Source: Thermococcus sp. JdFR-02 (GTDB taxonomy: Archaea; Methanobacteriota_B; Thermococci; Thermococcales; Thermococcaceae). Taken from it: a stretch of 64,000 nt of DNA. Under the pieces are notes generated by a model. The model ran no database searches. It was not told where the DNA came from and saw only the letters and a list, made by a program, of their open reading frames with translations. Location of the stretch: positions 32,001-96,000 of the forward strand of contig MTLP01000009.1 in NCBI GenBank assembly GCA_002009975.1, read 5' to 3'. Below, in pieces: positions 41,211 through 51,784 of this stretch (position 1 is the stretch's first letter; every line of letters starts with the position of its first letter). A program made the position numbers and the translations under genes.

Positions 41211-41457
41211 TTTAGACACCACCAGGCAAATGTATGCAATTTAAACCTAATTGTGAGGATATATAAATTTTTTGGTGTATCTTTATGTTTTTCAAAATTT
41301 TTGTTGCTAAATTTTAAAGGATTAGTAGATAAAATTTACAAAACTTTTAAAGTAGAAACTTGAATTTTCAATAATAGCTTAGCATTTTTGGTTTACAATT
41401 GTCTACATCCAAAGGGTTATATCCCTCTAAAGAGCTATTGAATTTTAGGTGGTAATT

Positions 41458-41865
41458 GTGGAGGAGAATGTTCCAATTAAAGTTTACATGACAAAAAAGC
41501 TGATTGGTGTCACTCCAGACACTACTATTCAGGAGGCATCTCGTATCATGGTGGAGTTCGATATAGGATCGTTAGTAGTTATCGAAAACGATGAAGTTGT
41601 TGGATTTTTTACTCAAACAGACATCATACGTAGGGTTGTTGTTCCTGGAAAACCATACACAACAACAGCTAAAGAAATAATGACTAAGGATCTGATCACT
41701 GTGAATATTAACACTCCTTTAAAAGAAGTTCTAAAAAAGATGGCTCAGCATAGAATAAAGCACATGCTCATTGAAGATAAGGGAAAAATAGTTGGAATAT
41801 TTACATTAAGTGACATGCTTGAAGCTAGTAGAAGAAAACTTGAAACAGCAATTGCCAATGAGTGA
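41458..41865 (+). CDS. CBS domain protein
   Basis: Paired CBS repeats (IGSLVV..VGFFT..D; VGIFT..D). Confidence 0.92.
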   Translation: MEENVPIKVYMTKKLIGVTPDTTIQEASRIMVEFDIGSLVVIENDEVVGFFTQTDIIRRVVVPGKPYTTTAKEIMTKDLITVNINTPLKEVLKKMAQHRIKHMLIEDKGKIVGIFTLSDMLEASRRKLETAIANE

Positions 41866-43385
41866 TGAAGATGATAAAGATAGCCCATATTAGCGACACC
41901 CACGTCACGACTGAACCTGCATTTAAAGGTTATGCCTATGACTTAATAATTAACGAGATAAACAGCGCTGATTTTGATTTGGTAATTCATACCGGTGACG
42001 TTACAAATCAGGGTCTTAGAGAGGAGTATGAACATGCAAGCTATCTGCTTTCAAGGATAAAGAAACCTTTGATAATTATTCCAGGGAATCACGACTCAAA
42101 GAATGTTGGTTACGAGCTTTTTGAAAAATATATTGGTCCGTTAAATGGGGTGTATGAAAAAGAAGATTTGATTGTAATCTGGGTCGATTCAACAATTCCA
42201 GATTTAAATGATGGAAGAGTCGGTGGTTACAAATTTAAATGGCTAAAAGAGAAGCTTGAGGAATATTCTCATAAGAAATTTAAGATAGTTGCAGTTCATC
42301 ATCATTTGGTTCCTTTACCCGATACTGGAAGGGAGAGAAATGTTCTCTTCAATGCTGGTGATGTCTTGGACTTACTACTTAAGCATGATGTTGATTTATA
42401 TGTATGCGGGCATAAGCATGTTCCAAATGTTTACAATGTGGAGGGTTTAATAGTTGACAATGCTGGATGTACTTCGTGTAGAAAGACAAGGAAAGGGGAT
42501 GTTAACAGCTACAATATAATTAAGATTCATGATGATGGGAGGGTTGAAGTAACGATTAGACGTGTAACCTCGGAAGAAGTGAGAAAGGACTTTCAAATAA
42601 GGCGTCAAAGACTTTTTATTCCTAAAGGAAAGCGCTTATTTAGAATAGTTCATCTAAGTGAAAGTAATGTCTCTGATAGGGTTTACTTTAGAAGAAGGGT
42701 TCTTGAGAATGCAATTAGATCTATTAATGAGAAATACAAGCCAGACATTGTGATTCATTGCGGAGATGTTGTTGATGCAGGAATTGAGAGGTATTACGAA
42801 GTGGCTCATGAATATTTTGAGAAGATTAAGGGGGAAAGGCTTATCGTACCTGGGCATAATGATATTTCATATATTGGGTATGATCTGTTTAGAGAGCACT
42901 TTGGGGAACCTAAGCCATTTGAGAAAGATGATTTTGTGTTTATTCCCATAAACACAGCTCAATATGAGACTCAAATTGGTGTAGTTGGCAGGGTAGGACA
43001 GAGACTACTTAGAGAGATGTTGGAGGAGTATAGAGAAAAGTTTACGATAGTTGTAATGCACCATAACGTAGTTCCGATTCCCAATGTTAGGGAAATAGGA
43101 TTCTTGGAAGATGCTGGAAATGTTTTAAACACTTTAGTTAGCAAAAGAGCAGATTTGGTCTTAACAGGACATGGTGGAAATGCGTTGGGAATTAAAATAG
43201 AGAATACGCCGATAATTAATGCTGGTTCGATTAGTTGGGAATTGCATAGAAATCCCTTTGGAAATTCATTTAACGTAATTGATATTTATTCTGGAATGAT
43301 ATTTGCTTTTGAAGTTCAAGCAACATGGGGGGCAAGAAAGCTCCTTGGAATTTGGAAAATAAAAACAGAGGTTCCTTGGAAATAA
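41865..43385 (+). CDS. Tandem calcineurin-like (Icc/CpdA-type) metallophosphoesterase
   Basis: HISDTH, HTGDV, PGNHD, GHKH; second domain with HCGDV, PGHND, TGHG. Confidence 0.9.
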   Translation: MKMIKIAHISDTHVTTEPAFKGYAYDLIINEINSADFDLVIHTGDVTNQGLREEYEHASYLLSRIKKPLIIIPGNHDSKNVGYELFEKYIGPLNGVYEKEDLIVIWVDSTIPDLNDGRVGGYKFKWLKEKLEEYSHKKFKIVAVHHHLVPLPDTGRERNVLFNAGDVLDLLLKHDVDLYVCGHKHVPNVYNVEGLIVDNAGCTSCRKTRKGDVNSYNIIKIHDDGRVEVTIRRVTSEEVRKDFQIRRQRLFIPKGKRLFRIVHLSESNVSDRVYFRRRVLENAIRSINEKYKPDIVIHCGDVVDAGIERYYEVAHEYFEKIKGERLIVPGHNDISYIGYDLFREHFGEPKPFEKDDFVFIPINTAQYETQIGVVGRVGQRLLREMLEEYREKFTIVVMHHNVVPIPNVREIGFLEDAGNVLNTLVSKRADLVLTGHGGNALGIKIENTPIINAGSISWELHRNPFGNSFNVIDIYSGMIFAFEVQATWGARKLLGIWKIKTEVPWK

Positions 43386-43529
43386 TCACCATTCAAAATT
43401 TCACTTTTCTATTGAACGTTTATTCACAAAAGTATCGCTTATTAACGAGATAATTCAAGCTGTTTGCACAAAAGGTTTATATCGGCTCCCTTTTAGATAA
43501 CCATGTAAGCGTTTTATGAAGGTGATATT

Positions 43530-44582
43530 ATGAGTGAAAAGATGGTAGCTATCATGAAGAAAAAACCGGCTTATGGGGCAGAACTTGTTGAGGTTGATGT
43601 TCCTACTCCAAAGGAAGGGGAGGTTCTTATTAAAGTGTTAGCAACTAGCATCTGTGGAACCGATTTGCATATTTACGAGTGGAACGAATGGGCTCAGAGC
43701 AGAATAAAACCACCACAAATCATGGGACATGAAGTTGCTGGTGAAGTGATTGAAGTAGGAAAGGGTGTTGATACACTGGAAGTTGGAGATTACATTTCGG
43801 CAGAAACTCATATCGTTTGTGGAAAGTGTTATCAATGTAGGAATGGTCATTATCACGTTTGTCAGAATACCAAGATCTTTGGAGTAGATAGTGATGGTGT
43901 GTTTGCAGAATATGCAATTGTTCCAGCCCAAAATGCTTGGAAAAATCCAAAGAATATTCCACCAGAGTATGCAACTCTTCAAGAGCCTCTAGGAAATGCA
44001 GTTGACACGGTTTTAGCAGGTCCGATAGCAGGGAAGACCGTTTTAATAACTGGAGCTGGACCTTTAGGACTTTTAGGGATTACAGTGGCAAAGGCAAGTG
44101 GAGCTTCTTTGGTCATAGTAAGTGAGCCAAGTGAATTTAGGAGAGATTTGGCTAAGAAAGTAGGTGCTGATGTAACAATAAATCCCATGGAAGAAGATGT
44201 GGTTAAGGAAGTCAAAGATTTGACAGATGACAATGGTGTTGATGTTTTCTTAGAGTTTAGTGGTGCTCCCAAAGCCTTAGAACAAGGCTTGCAAGCTGTG
44301 ACTCCAGCTGGAAGGGTAAGCTTGCTCGGACTTTTCCCAAGAGAAGTCCCATTAGACTTTAACAATCTAATAATCTTCAAATCTTTAACGGTCTATGGAA
44401 TTACGGGAAGACACTTATGGCAAACTTGGTACACTGTTTCAAAGCTTTTACAAAGCGGAAAGCTGAACTTGGATCCAATAATTACACACAAGTATAAAGG
44501 TCTTGACAGATTTGAGGAAGCCTTTGAACTAATGAGAGCTGGAAAGACTGGAAAAGTTGTTTTCTTCCCACACAGGAGGTAG
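43530..44582 (+). CDS. tdh: L-threonine 3-dehydrogenase
   Basis: [32 protein letters not shown]. Confidence 0.96.
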   Translation: MSEKMVAIMKKKPAYGAELVEVDVPTPKEGEVLIKVLATSICGTDLHIYEWNEWAQSRIKPPQIMGHEVAGEVIEVGKGVDTLEVGDYISAETHIVCGKCYQCRNGHYHVCQNTKIFGVDSDGVFAEYAIVPAQNAWKNPKNIPPEYATLQEPLGNAVDTVLAGPIAGKTVLITGAGPLGLLGITVAKASGASLVIVSEPSEFRRDLAKKVGADVTINPMEEDVVKEVKDLTDDNGVDVFLEFSGAPKALEQGLQAVTPAGRVSLLGLFPREVPLDFNNLIIFKSLTVYGITGRHLWQTWYTVSKLLQSGKLNLDPIITHKYKGLDRFEEAFELMRAGKTGKVVFFPHRR

Positions 44583-44657
44583 CTCTTCTCTATTTTTTAC
44601 TAAACTTTATAATGTTTAAACGCATGATTTACTAAAAGAATGAGTGAGGGAATGAAA

Positions 44658-46538
44658 ATGAATGCTCTTAAATATTTGAAGCAGAGACTTGATGAAACGC
44701 AATTTAGAAAAATTGGTCAGATTGACAATCCAGCACTCCATGAATTTATAGCTACGTACATCAAACTTTTGAATCCCGATAAGATTTTTGTCTGTACAGA
44801 TTCTCCAGAAGACGAGGAATACATAAGACAAAAAGCTCTTGAATACGGTGAAGAGAGAGCATTAAAGACTCTGGGACATACGGTTCATTTTGATAACTAT
44901 TATGATCAGGCGAGAGATAAAGCTAACACAAAGATTTTGGTTCCAAAAGGAGTTGATTTGGGACCGTTTATCAACACAAAAGATAGGGATGAGGGACTAA
45001 GGGAAATTCATGAGCTTATGAAAGATATAATGAAAGGAAAAGAACTATTTATCTGCTTTTTCACATTGGGTCCACAAAATTCCATTTTCACGATTCCAGC
45101 TGTTCAATTAACCGATTCAGCCTATGTTGCTCATAGTGAGTTTTTGCTCTATAGAAAAGGATATGAAGAATTTAAACGCCTTGGAAAAGAAGCAAGATTC
45201 CTAAAGTTTGTTCACTCTGCTGGAGAGCTTGATGAGAGAAAAACAAGCAAAAACTTGGATAAGAGGAGAGTTTATATTGACTTAGAAAGTGAGACTGTCT
45301 ACTCAGTAAACACACAATATGGAGGAAACACCATAGGCTTGAAGAAACTCGCATTTAGGCTAACAATTAGGAGAGCCGTTAAGGAAGGCTGGCTATCAGA
45401 GCATATGTTTCTAATGCGCGTAAATGGTCCAAATGGGAGAAAGACATACTTCACTGGAGCATATCCATCAATGTGCGGGAAGACCTCAACTTGTATGCTA
45501 CCACATGAGAATTTAGTTGGGGATGACTTGGCTTTCATAGTTGACATGAAAGGTGAAGCAAGAGGAACCAATGTTGAATACGGTGTTTTTGGAATAATTG
45601 AAGGAATAAACCAAAAAGATGACCCAATAATTTGGAAAGTGTTGCACTCACCAAACGAGATAATATTCTCAAATGTTCTTATTAAAGATGGAAAGCCCTA
45701 TTGGAATGGAATGGGTGAGGAAATCCCAGATGAAGGGGAAAACCACTCTGGAGAATGGTGGAGGGGCAAGAAAGATAAGGAAGGAAATGAGATTCCACCA
45801 TCCCACAAAAATGCTCGTTTCACTGTCCGTTTAGAAGCATTTCCAAATTTAGACAGGGAAGCTCTAGACGCTCCTTGTGGCGTGAAAATCAGTGGCATGA
45901 TCTTTGGTGGAAGGGATAAGGACACATGGGTTCCTGTCTGTGAATCTTTCGATTGGGTGCATGGAGTTATAACTAAAGGTGCTTCACTTGAGTCAGAGAC
46001 AACAGCGGCTACCTTGGGTAAAGAAGGGGTTAGGCAATTCAATCCAATGGCAATTCTCGATTTCCTATCTGTTCCTATTGGAGAATACATCAAGAATTAC
46101 ATAAGATTCGGTGAAAAGCTAAGAGATCCACCAAAGATATTTGCCGTAAATTACTTCTTAAGAGATGAAAATGGAAATTGGCTGAATGAAAAGCTTGATA
46201 AGGCTGTTTGGCTTAAATGGATGGAACTTAGAGTACATGGAGAAGTTGACGCAATAAAAACTCCAATAGGCTATATTCCGAAGTACGAAGACTTGAAGAG
46301 ATTGTTTAGAGAAGTTCTCAACAAAGAGTATCCAAAGGAGCTCTATGAAAAGCAGTTTACTATTAGAATTCCAGAGCTATTGGCAAAGGTCGAAAGGATA
46401 GAGAAGATTTACCGCGAGAAGGTTAAGGATGCACCAGAAGTGCTTTTTGAAGTACTTGAGGAAGAGAAACAAAGACTCTTAGAGGCAAAGAAAAAGTATG
46501 GGGATTATATCTCGCCTTTTGAGTTTGAAAACGTTTAA
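44658..46538 (+). CDS. pckG: Phosphoenolpyruvate carboxykinase (GTP)
   Basis: WLSEHM, GAYPSMCGKT, VGDD, HKNARF, FGGR. Confidence 0.96.
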   Translation: MNALKYLKQRLDETQFRKIGQIDNPALHEFIATYIKLLNPDKIFVCTDSPEDEEYIRQKALEYGEERALKTLGHTVHFDNYYDQARDKANTKILVPKGVDLGPFINTKDRDEGLREIHELMKDIMKGKELFICFFTLGPQNSIFTIPAVQLTDSAYVAHSEFLLYRKGYEEFKRLGKEARFLKFVHSAGELDERKTSKNLDKRRVYIDLESETVYSVNTQYGGNTIGLKKLAFRLTIRRAVKEGWLSEHMFLMRVNGPNGRKTYFTGAYPSMCGKTSTCMLPHENLVGDDLAFIVDMKGEARGTNVEYGVFGIIEGINQKDDPIIWKVLHSPNEIIFSNVLIKDGKPYWNGMGEEIPDEGENHSGEWWRGKKDKEGNEIPPSHKNARFTVRLEAFPNLDREALDAPCGVKISGMIFGGRDKDTWVPVCESFDWVHGVITKGASLESETTAATLGKEGVRQFNPMAILDFLSVPIGEYIKNYIRFGEKLRDPPKIFAVNYFLRDENGNWLNEKLDKAVWLKWMELRVHGEVDAIKTPIGYIPKYEDLKRLFREVLNKEYPKELYEKQFTIRIPELLAKVERIEKIYREKVKDAPEVLFEVLEEEKQRLLEAKKKYGDYISPFEFENV

Positions 46539-46670
46539 TCCTTTTCATGAACATTTTCCAAATTTTTCACACATTTTTGTCTTTTTGTGTGTTATAAAAG
46601 TTTCAGCTTTGAACGCTCCTATCTTAATCCTTTTATACCTATGAAACATTAGTTTTATAGGGTGGTTTCT

Positions 46671-47855
46671 ATGGCAAAGCTCGACTGGATTACTGAAGAG
46701 TTAAACGAGCTTAAAGAAAAAGGGCTTTACGTAAGAATTAGGGTTCTGCAGAGTGCTCAAGGACCTTGGGTTGTTGTTGGTGGGAAGAAAGTTTTAAACA
46801 TGTGTTCAAACAACTATCTCGGCTTAGCCGCACATCCAAAGATTAAAGAAGCGGCTATAAGGGCTATTCTTGATTATGGTGTAGGTGCTGGTGCAGTTAG
46901 AACTATTGCTGGAACTATGGAGCTTCACGTTGAACTTGAGGAAAAACTAGCAAAGTTCAAGAAGAGGGAAGCAGCTATTCTCTTCCAAAGCGGTTACAAT
47001 GCAAACTTAGGTGCAATTAGTGCCTTAATTAAGAAGGGTGAAGATGGTGTTTTCATCAGTGAAGAGCTAAACCACGCAAGTATTATCGATGGTATGCGCT
47101 TAAGCGGTGCTGAAAAGGTTATTTACAAGCATTTAGACATGGAAGATCTAAAGAAGCGCTTAGAGGAAACAAAGAACAAGAAGAAAAAGCTTATTGTCAC
47201 AGATGGTGTCTTTTCAATGGATGGTGATCTTGCTCCACTTCCAGAGATTGTTGAGTTAGCAGAGCAGTATGATGCAATGGTTTACGTTGATGATGCCCAC
47301 GGTGAAGGTGTTTTAGGAGACCATGGAAGGGGAATAGTTGATCATTACAACTTGCATGATAGAGTTGACTTTGAGATGGGTACGTTGAGTAAAGCCTTTG
47401 GTGTCATTGGAGGTTACGTTGCAGGTCCAGAGGAGGCTATCGAATATCTAAAGCAAAGAGGGAGACCATTCTTATTCTCAAGTGCACTGAACCCACCAGA
47501 TGTTGCAGCGGCAATTGCAGCTGTTGAGATTTTGGAAAAGGATGATAGCTTAGTTAGAAAGCTCTGGGATAACACCAAGTTCCTTCAAGAGGGGCTTAGG
47601 AATCTTGGCTATGACTTAGGGAACACAAAGCACCCAATTACTCCAGTAATGCTCTATGATGAAAAGAGGGCTCAAGAGTTTAGTAGAATTCTTTATGAGG
47701 AATACAACATCTTTGCGCAAGCCATAGTTTATCCAACAGTTCCAAGGGGAACTGCAAGAATTAGGCTAGAGCCTTCAGCCGCTCATAGCAAAGAGGACTT
47801 GCAATATGCTTTAGATGCTTTTGAGGAAATCGGAAAGAAGATGAAGTTTATTTGA
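46671..47855 (+). CDS. kbl: Glycine C-acetyltransferase (2-amino-3-ketobutyrate CoA ligase)
   Basis: [29 protein letters not shown]; near tdh. Confidence 0.92.
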   Translation: MAKLDWITEELNELKEKGLYVRIRVLQSAQGPWVVVGGKKVLNMCSNNYLGLAAHPKIKEAAIRAILDYGVGAGAVRTIAGTMELHVELEEKLAKFKKREAAILFQSGYNANLGAISALIKKGEDGVFISEELNHASIIDGMRLSGAEKVIYKHLDMEDLKKRLEETKNKKKKLIVTDGVFSMDGDLAPLPEIVELAEQYDAMVYVDDAHGEGVLGDHGRGIVDHYNLHDRVDFEMGTLSKAFGVIGGYVAGPEEAIEYLKQRGRPFLFSSALNPPDVAAAIAAVEILEKDDSLVRKLWDNTKFLQEGLRNLGYDLGNTKHPITPVMLYDEKRAQEFSRILYEEYNIFAQAIVYPTVPRGTARIRLEPSAAHSKEDLQYALDAFEEIGKKMKFI

Positions 47856-47983
47856 AAATTGAGTTTTAGCGTGTTTTTATTTTTATTTTCCTACTTGCAT
47901 CTGACTACATTTCTGATTTCTAACATCTTGAGAAAACCATTTTAAAGAGTTATTTTACACAATAGCACTAAGGGGCGAGGAAA

Positions 47984-48814
47984 ATGATAACCTCAATATT
48001 CCTAGTACTGGTGATAATCTTTGGAGTGGTCTTTATTGCCCTGATAGTATTGACTATAAAGTTTAGAAAGAAGTTTATTGAAATGTATCCCCAGTTTAAG
48101 AGATTTTATGATTATATACTCCTGAGTTTAATTTTTGTACTTGCTGGAAATTTGGTGTATATTCCAAGCGATATAAGCAGTTATCTGTCAATAGATTTAA
48201 TTGAGAGGCATAGACTTACTTTACTTTTTATGGGTCATATTTTTGACATTTTTGCAGTGATTTTCTTTATATTGGGCTGGGCACGTCTTCTTGAGTCACT
48301 CATAAAGAAATATCGCTTAATTCCAATTGTTGTTGAGTTCAAAGAAGAGCCAAAGAAACTCTCTCCCGGTGTTTATATATGTGAAGACAAAGAAAAATGT
48401 CACTCTTTATTTTTAGAACTTTTAAAAGGGAGAGCGGGGGTCATAATCTCAAGGGATTTCCCAGATTCTATTAGGAAAAAGCTTAAACTTCAAAAAACAC
48501 CAATTTTGTGGCTAACTAAAGTGGAGGGGGAGAATAATATTCATCCGCGTAAGCTGGAATACTTGATGCAGACTTTAGTGGATTTCATGAAAAAGGAGGA
48601 CATGCCTAAGGTAATTCTCTTCGATGGATTTGAATATCTGCTGATTGAAAATGGGTTTAATCCTCTGTATAAGTTTTTAACTACTATTAAAGATTACAGC
48701 ATAGTTCATGACACAATAGCCCTAGTTTTGATAACAAGACGTGCATTAGGTGAAAGAGAGTACAGTTTATTGAAGAGGGAGTTTTTAGATGTTAATGAGC
48801 TTTTAAAGAGTTGA
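47984..48814 (+). CDS. DUF835 domain membrane protein
   Basis: N-terminal TM region; ILWLTK, FDGFEYLLIENGF...KFL..IKD. Confidence 0.9.
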   Translation: MITSIFLVLVIIFGVVFIALIVLTIKFRKKFIEMYPQFKRFYDYILLSLIFVLAGNLVYIPSDISSYLSIDLIERHRLTLLFMGHIFDIFAVIFFILGWARLLESLIKKYRLIPIVVEFKEEPKKLSPGVYICEDKEKCHSLFLELLKGRAGVIISRDFPDSIRKKLKLQKTPILWLTKVEGENNIHPRKLEYLMQTLVDFMKKEDMPKVILFDGFEYLLIENGFNPLYKFLTTIKDYSIVHDTIALVLITRRALGEREYSLLKREFLDVNELLKS

Positions 48815-48861
48815 ACCTATTTTTAGAAAGGCTTTTAACTTTTCCTTACAACCTTTACTTA

Positions 48862-48915
48862 GCCTGTGATGAGGGATCAACCGGCTGAGTGGTGAAGAGA
48901 GAAGATATCTGAGGC
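48862..48915 (+). ncRNA. Box C/D guide sRNA (D' guide complementary to the 16S rRNA 5' end)
   Basis: GCCT-GTGATGA-GGGATCAACCGG-CTGA-GTG-GTGAAGA-GAGAAGATAT-CTGA-GGC with terminal stem; upstream TATA. Confidence 0.9.
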
Positions 48916-48932
48916 GTTAGAGGTGCTGAAGA

Positions 48933-49595
48933 ATGTTAAAGGCTTTAATTTTTGACGTTGATGAAACCTTAGTTTATTACGAGAGCTATGATGCAAGAAA
49001 GTGGTTTGATGATTATCTTGAGCCAGCATTTCAAAGACATAACATAAATGTGGATTTTGAGACATATAGAAAGATGGTTAGAGGCACTTTGCCCCGAAGT
49101 TATGTTGAAAAGTTTGGCATTGATCATGTGGAATTCTGGAAGCTTGTTGACAATGTAAACCTTGAGTATCGGAAAAAACTTGCAGAAGAAGGAAAGATAA
49201 AACCATTTCCTGATGCGGCTCAAGCTCTTAATGATCTTAAGTTCATGGGGTTAAAACTTGCCGCTGTAAGCAATGCCTCTCAGGACTGTACAGAGTTTGT
49301 TTTAAAGCTTTTTAATCTGAGAGGATATTTTGATGTTGTTTTTGGTAAAGATTATTCTCATCTTGATGGTGTTAAGCCAAATCCCTATCTAATCCAAAAA
49401 GCGCTAAAGACTTTAGATACAAAACCTCAAGAAGCTTGGGTTATTGGGGATAGTGCCTTAGATGTTGTTGCAGCTCATAAAGCGGGATGTAAAGCAGTGC
49501 AAGTGCTAAGGTTTGATAACTTTTGTGAAGAGGCAGACTTTCATGTTAAAGACCTTTGGGAGCTTGTAAAGTTAATAAAAGAAAGTGAGGAATAG
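48933..49595 (+). CDS. HAD-superfamily hydrolase (phosphoglycolate phosphatase-like)
   Basis: FDVDETL, VSNA, KPNP, IGDSALD. Confidence 0.92.
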   Translation: MLKALIFDVDETLVYYESYDARKWFDDYLEPAFQRHNINVDFETYRKMVRGTLPRSYVEKFGIDHVEFWKLVDNVNLEYRKKLAEEGKIKPFPDAAQALNDLKFMGLKLAAVSNASQDCTEFVLKLFNLRGYFDVVFGKDYSHLDGVKPNPYLIQKALKTLDTKPQEAWVIGDSALDVVAAHKAGCKAVQVLRFDNFCEEADFHVKDLWELVKLIKESEE

Positions 49596-50342
49596 CTATT
49601 TTATCCCAACAATCCAGAATCTGTTTTCCTTCTTTCCCAGCTCTCTCTTTAGGTTTCCATAAATTTTGACTTCACTGAAATAATCTCTTGCTAAAAGTCT
49701 CATTTCTCTTGGAGTATAAACGTTTAAAATGTCATGCACGAAGAAGGCTTTGACTTCTCCATTTGGCTTTAGAATTTGGACCAATCTTTTAAAGTGAAGT
49801 TTTTGAACAGCATTTTCTAATTCACGCCAATCTGTTATTATAAGTGTCTCGTTATCATTTTTAACGTCCCAGACATAAGGTGTGTCGCTTTTTGTGAATT
49901 GATAGGGAAAATCCGCTATAAAAACGCCTCCCTCTTTTAATGCCTTACTCACAGAATTGAATAATTCTTTAATTGCTTCTTCATCAAAGTAACAAATGCT
50001 TGAGAAAAACATCGTTATGGCATCAAATTCTTCGTTAAAGTTTAATTTTTTAGCATCTCCCTGAATAAACTCAACGCTTAACTTTTGTTTTTCCGCTTTT
50101 TCTCGTGCAACTTCAAGCATCTCTTCGTGCAAATCTAAACCTACAACGCTATAACCTCTCTTTACCAACTCTAAAGTTGGTCCCCCAGTACCGCAAGCCA
50201 AGTCTAAAACTCGCTTAACTTCTCTTTTTGCATCCTTTTTAAAAATCTCCTCAATGAAGTTAATCATCTTTGGGACATACTCGAGATAAGCTTTGTAAAT
50301 CACGTCATAGTACTTAGCTAAAACTGTGTAAAGCTCAAACAT
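49596..50342 (-). CDS. Class I SAM-dependent methyltransferase
   Basis: VLDLACGTG, GLD, GDA, FDAI. Confidence 0.92.
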   Translation of the reverse strand: MFELYTVLAKYYDVIYKAYLEYVPKMINFIEEIFKKDAKREVKRVLDLACGTGGPTLELVKRGYSVVGLDLHEEMLEVAREKAEKQKLSVEFIQGDAKKLNFNEEFDAITMFFSSICYFDEEAIKELFNSVSKALKEGGVFIADFPYQFTKSDTPYVWDVKNDNETLIITDWRELENAVQKLHFKRLVQILKPNGEVKAFFVHDILNVYTPREMRLLARDYFSEVKIYGNLKRELGKKENRFWIVGIK

Positions 50343-50383
50343 AAAAACCACCCTATCAGATTTTTTGCTTAAAACCTAAAAAC

Positions 50384-51259
50384 TTAACCTATAAAAGCCT
50401 TTAGGATCAAAAAGAAGCCCATTGTTATTAATGTCAACACTATGGTAACTCCTATTGCCTCCTCTTCTTTGAGGTTATATCGCGCTAAAATTGCATTTGC
50501 CATGATGGCTGGAGGCATTGAAGCCTCAACCAGAACAGAGTAAAATATCTCCCCTGATGCTTTAAGGGTGAGGGTAACGAATATAAAAGGGATTACACTC
50601 CTGAATGTTATAACTTCCATAAGCTTTCTCCATTCAAATTTTTGAAGATTTATGCGAGAGCCGAAATAGACTATTAATGCTGGTATGCTCCACCAGCCAA
50701 TTTGGTTTAAAGTCTCAAGAAATCTCTTTGATAAGTGGAAGTTCAGCAAAACAAGTGTTAAAGCTAAAAGATTTGCAGCTACTGGAGGAAATTTTAAAGC
50801 ATTCTTTAGGATATGCTCGGTTGAATGTTTGCCCTTTGAATAGTGCGACGCTATAAGGGTCGCTATTGGGAGAACTATCAGCACATTGGTGCTTGCATAG
50901 ATTATTACTGGAGTTAAATCATCCAAGAAAAGACTTGCTATTGGAAAACCTAGAGCAACGGTATTTGGATAGATAGATAAAATTATCAAAGCAGCTTTCC
51001 ATTTTTCATCTGGAATCTTGAGAGAGTAGAGGTAGGATGTAAGAAAGCTCAAACCAATTATTATGAAGACATAGAAAAACACAACCTTAATTTTGAGAAG
51101 GTAGCCTAAATCCTTAGAAGCAACGTTTGAGAAAACAAAAAGCGTCAACAATATGTTGTTTGAGAACTTTCTTAGCAAAATAAAGGGTTCCTCTTTTTTG
51201 ATAGCTTTTTTAAGGGCAAATCCGAGGAATATTAAAAGTGTGGTCTCTGCTAAGTTCAT
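50384..51259 (-). CDS. AEC (auxin efflux carrier) family transporter
   Basis: PNTVALGFPI, ASMPPA; about 10 TM. Confidence 0.88.
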   Translation of the reverse strand: MNLAETTLLIFLGFALKKAIKKEEPFILLRKFSNNILLTLFVFSNVASKDLGYLLKIKVVFFYVFIIIGLSFLTSYLYSLKIPDEKWKAALIILSIYPNTVALGFPIASLFLDDLTPVIIYASTNVLIVLPIATLIASHYSKGKHSTEHILKNALKFPPVAANLLALTLVLLNFHLSKRFLETLNQIGWWSIPALIVYFGSRINLQKFEWRKLMEVITFRSVIPFIFVTLTLKASGEIFYSVLVEASMPPAIMANAILARYNLKEEEAIGVTIVLTLITMGFFLILKAFIG

Positions 51260-51300
51260 GCTTACACCTAAATTCAATCATTTAAAAAAGTTGTGAAGTG

Positions 51301-51639
51301 CTAAAGCCAGATAGTATCTTCTCCAAAGTAGTTTAATTTAACAACAAACAGCACAAAAGGTTCATCACTTTCATTTTCCACCCAGTGAACCGTCTTTGGC
51401 TTAACTAAATAAATATCTCTAGGCTTTGCTTCATAAACATCTTTACCAATGCCGAGCTTTGCTCTACCGCTTATTATGTAAAAGAGCTCATACTGTTGCT
51501 CGTGATAATGCTTTGAAACAGTCTGGCTTGGCTTAATCTCAACTATTTGAGCAAAGCTTCCATCTGGCATTTCACCTTTAAAAAGTGGGCATTTCTTATA
51601 ACTTACCCTATCTATGAACTCGTCACATTGAGCTTTCAT
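51301..51639 (-). CDS. Cupin domain protein
   Basis: HYH...ELFYIISG and P.TVH.VEN. Confidence 0.9.
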   Translation of the reverse strand: MKAQCDEFIDRVSYKKCPLFKGEMPDGSFAQIVEIKPSQTVSKHYHEQQYELFYIISGRAKLGIGKDVYEAKPRDIYLVKPKTVHWVENESDEPFVLFVVKLNYFGEDTIWL

Positions 51640-51784
51640 GTTTTCACCCCAAGTAACGTGTTTTTACTTTCCTAAAAAGGCTTCATTTAGATACTTATCT
51701 CAATGTTCAAATCTGCACAAAATACTTTTATAGATTGAGCTTTCAAAGTAATACAGATGTTTTAAATTTCCTGAGGTGGTGGGG

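Noticed and set aside
43386-44657. TGM-like sequences upstream of tdh or pckG
   Set aside because: Half-sites are degenerate and the spacing does not fit TATCAC-N5-GTGATA
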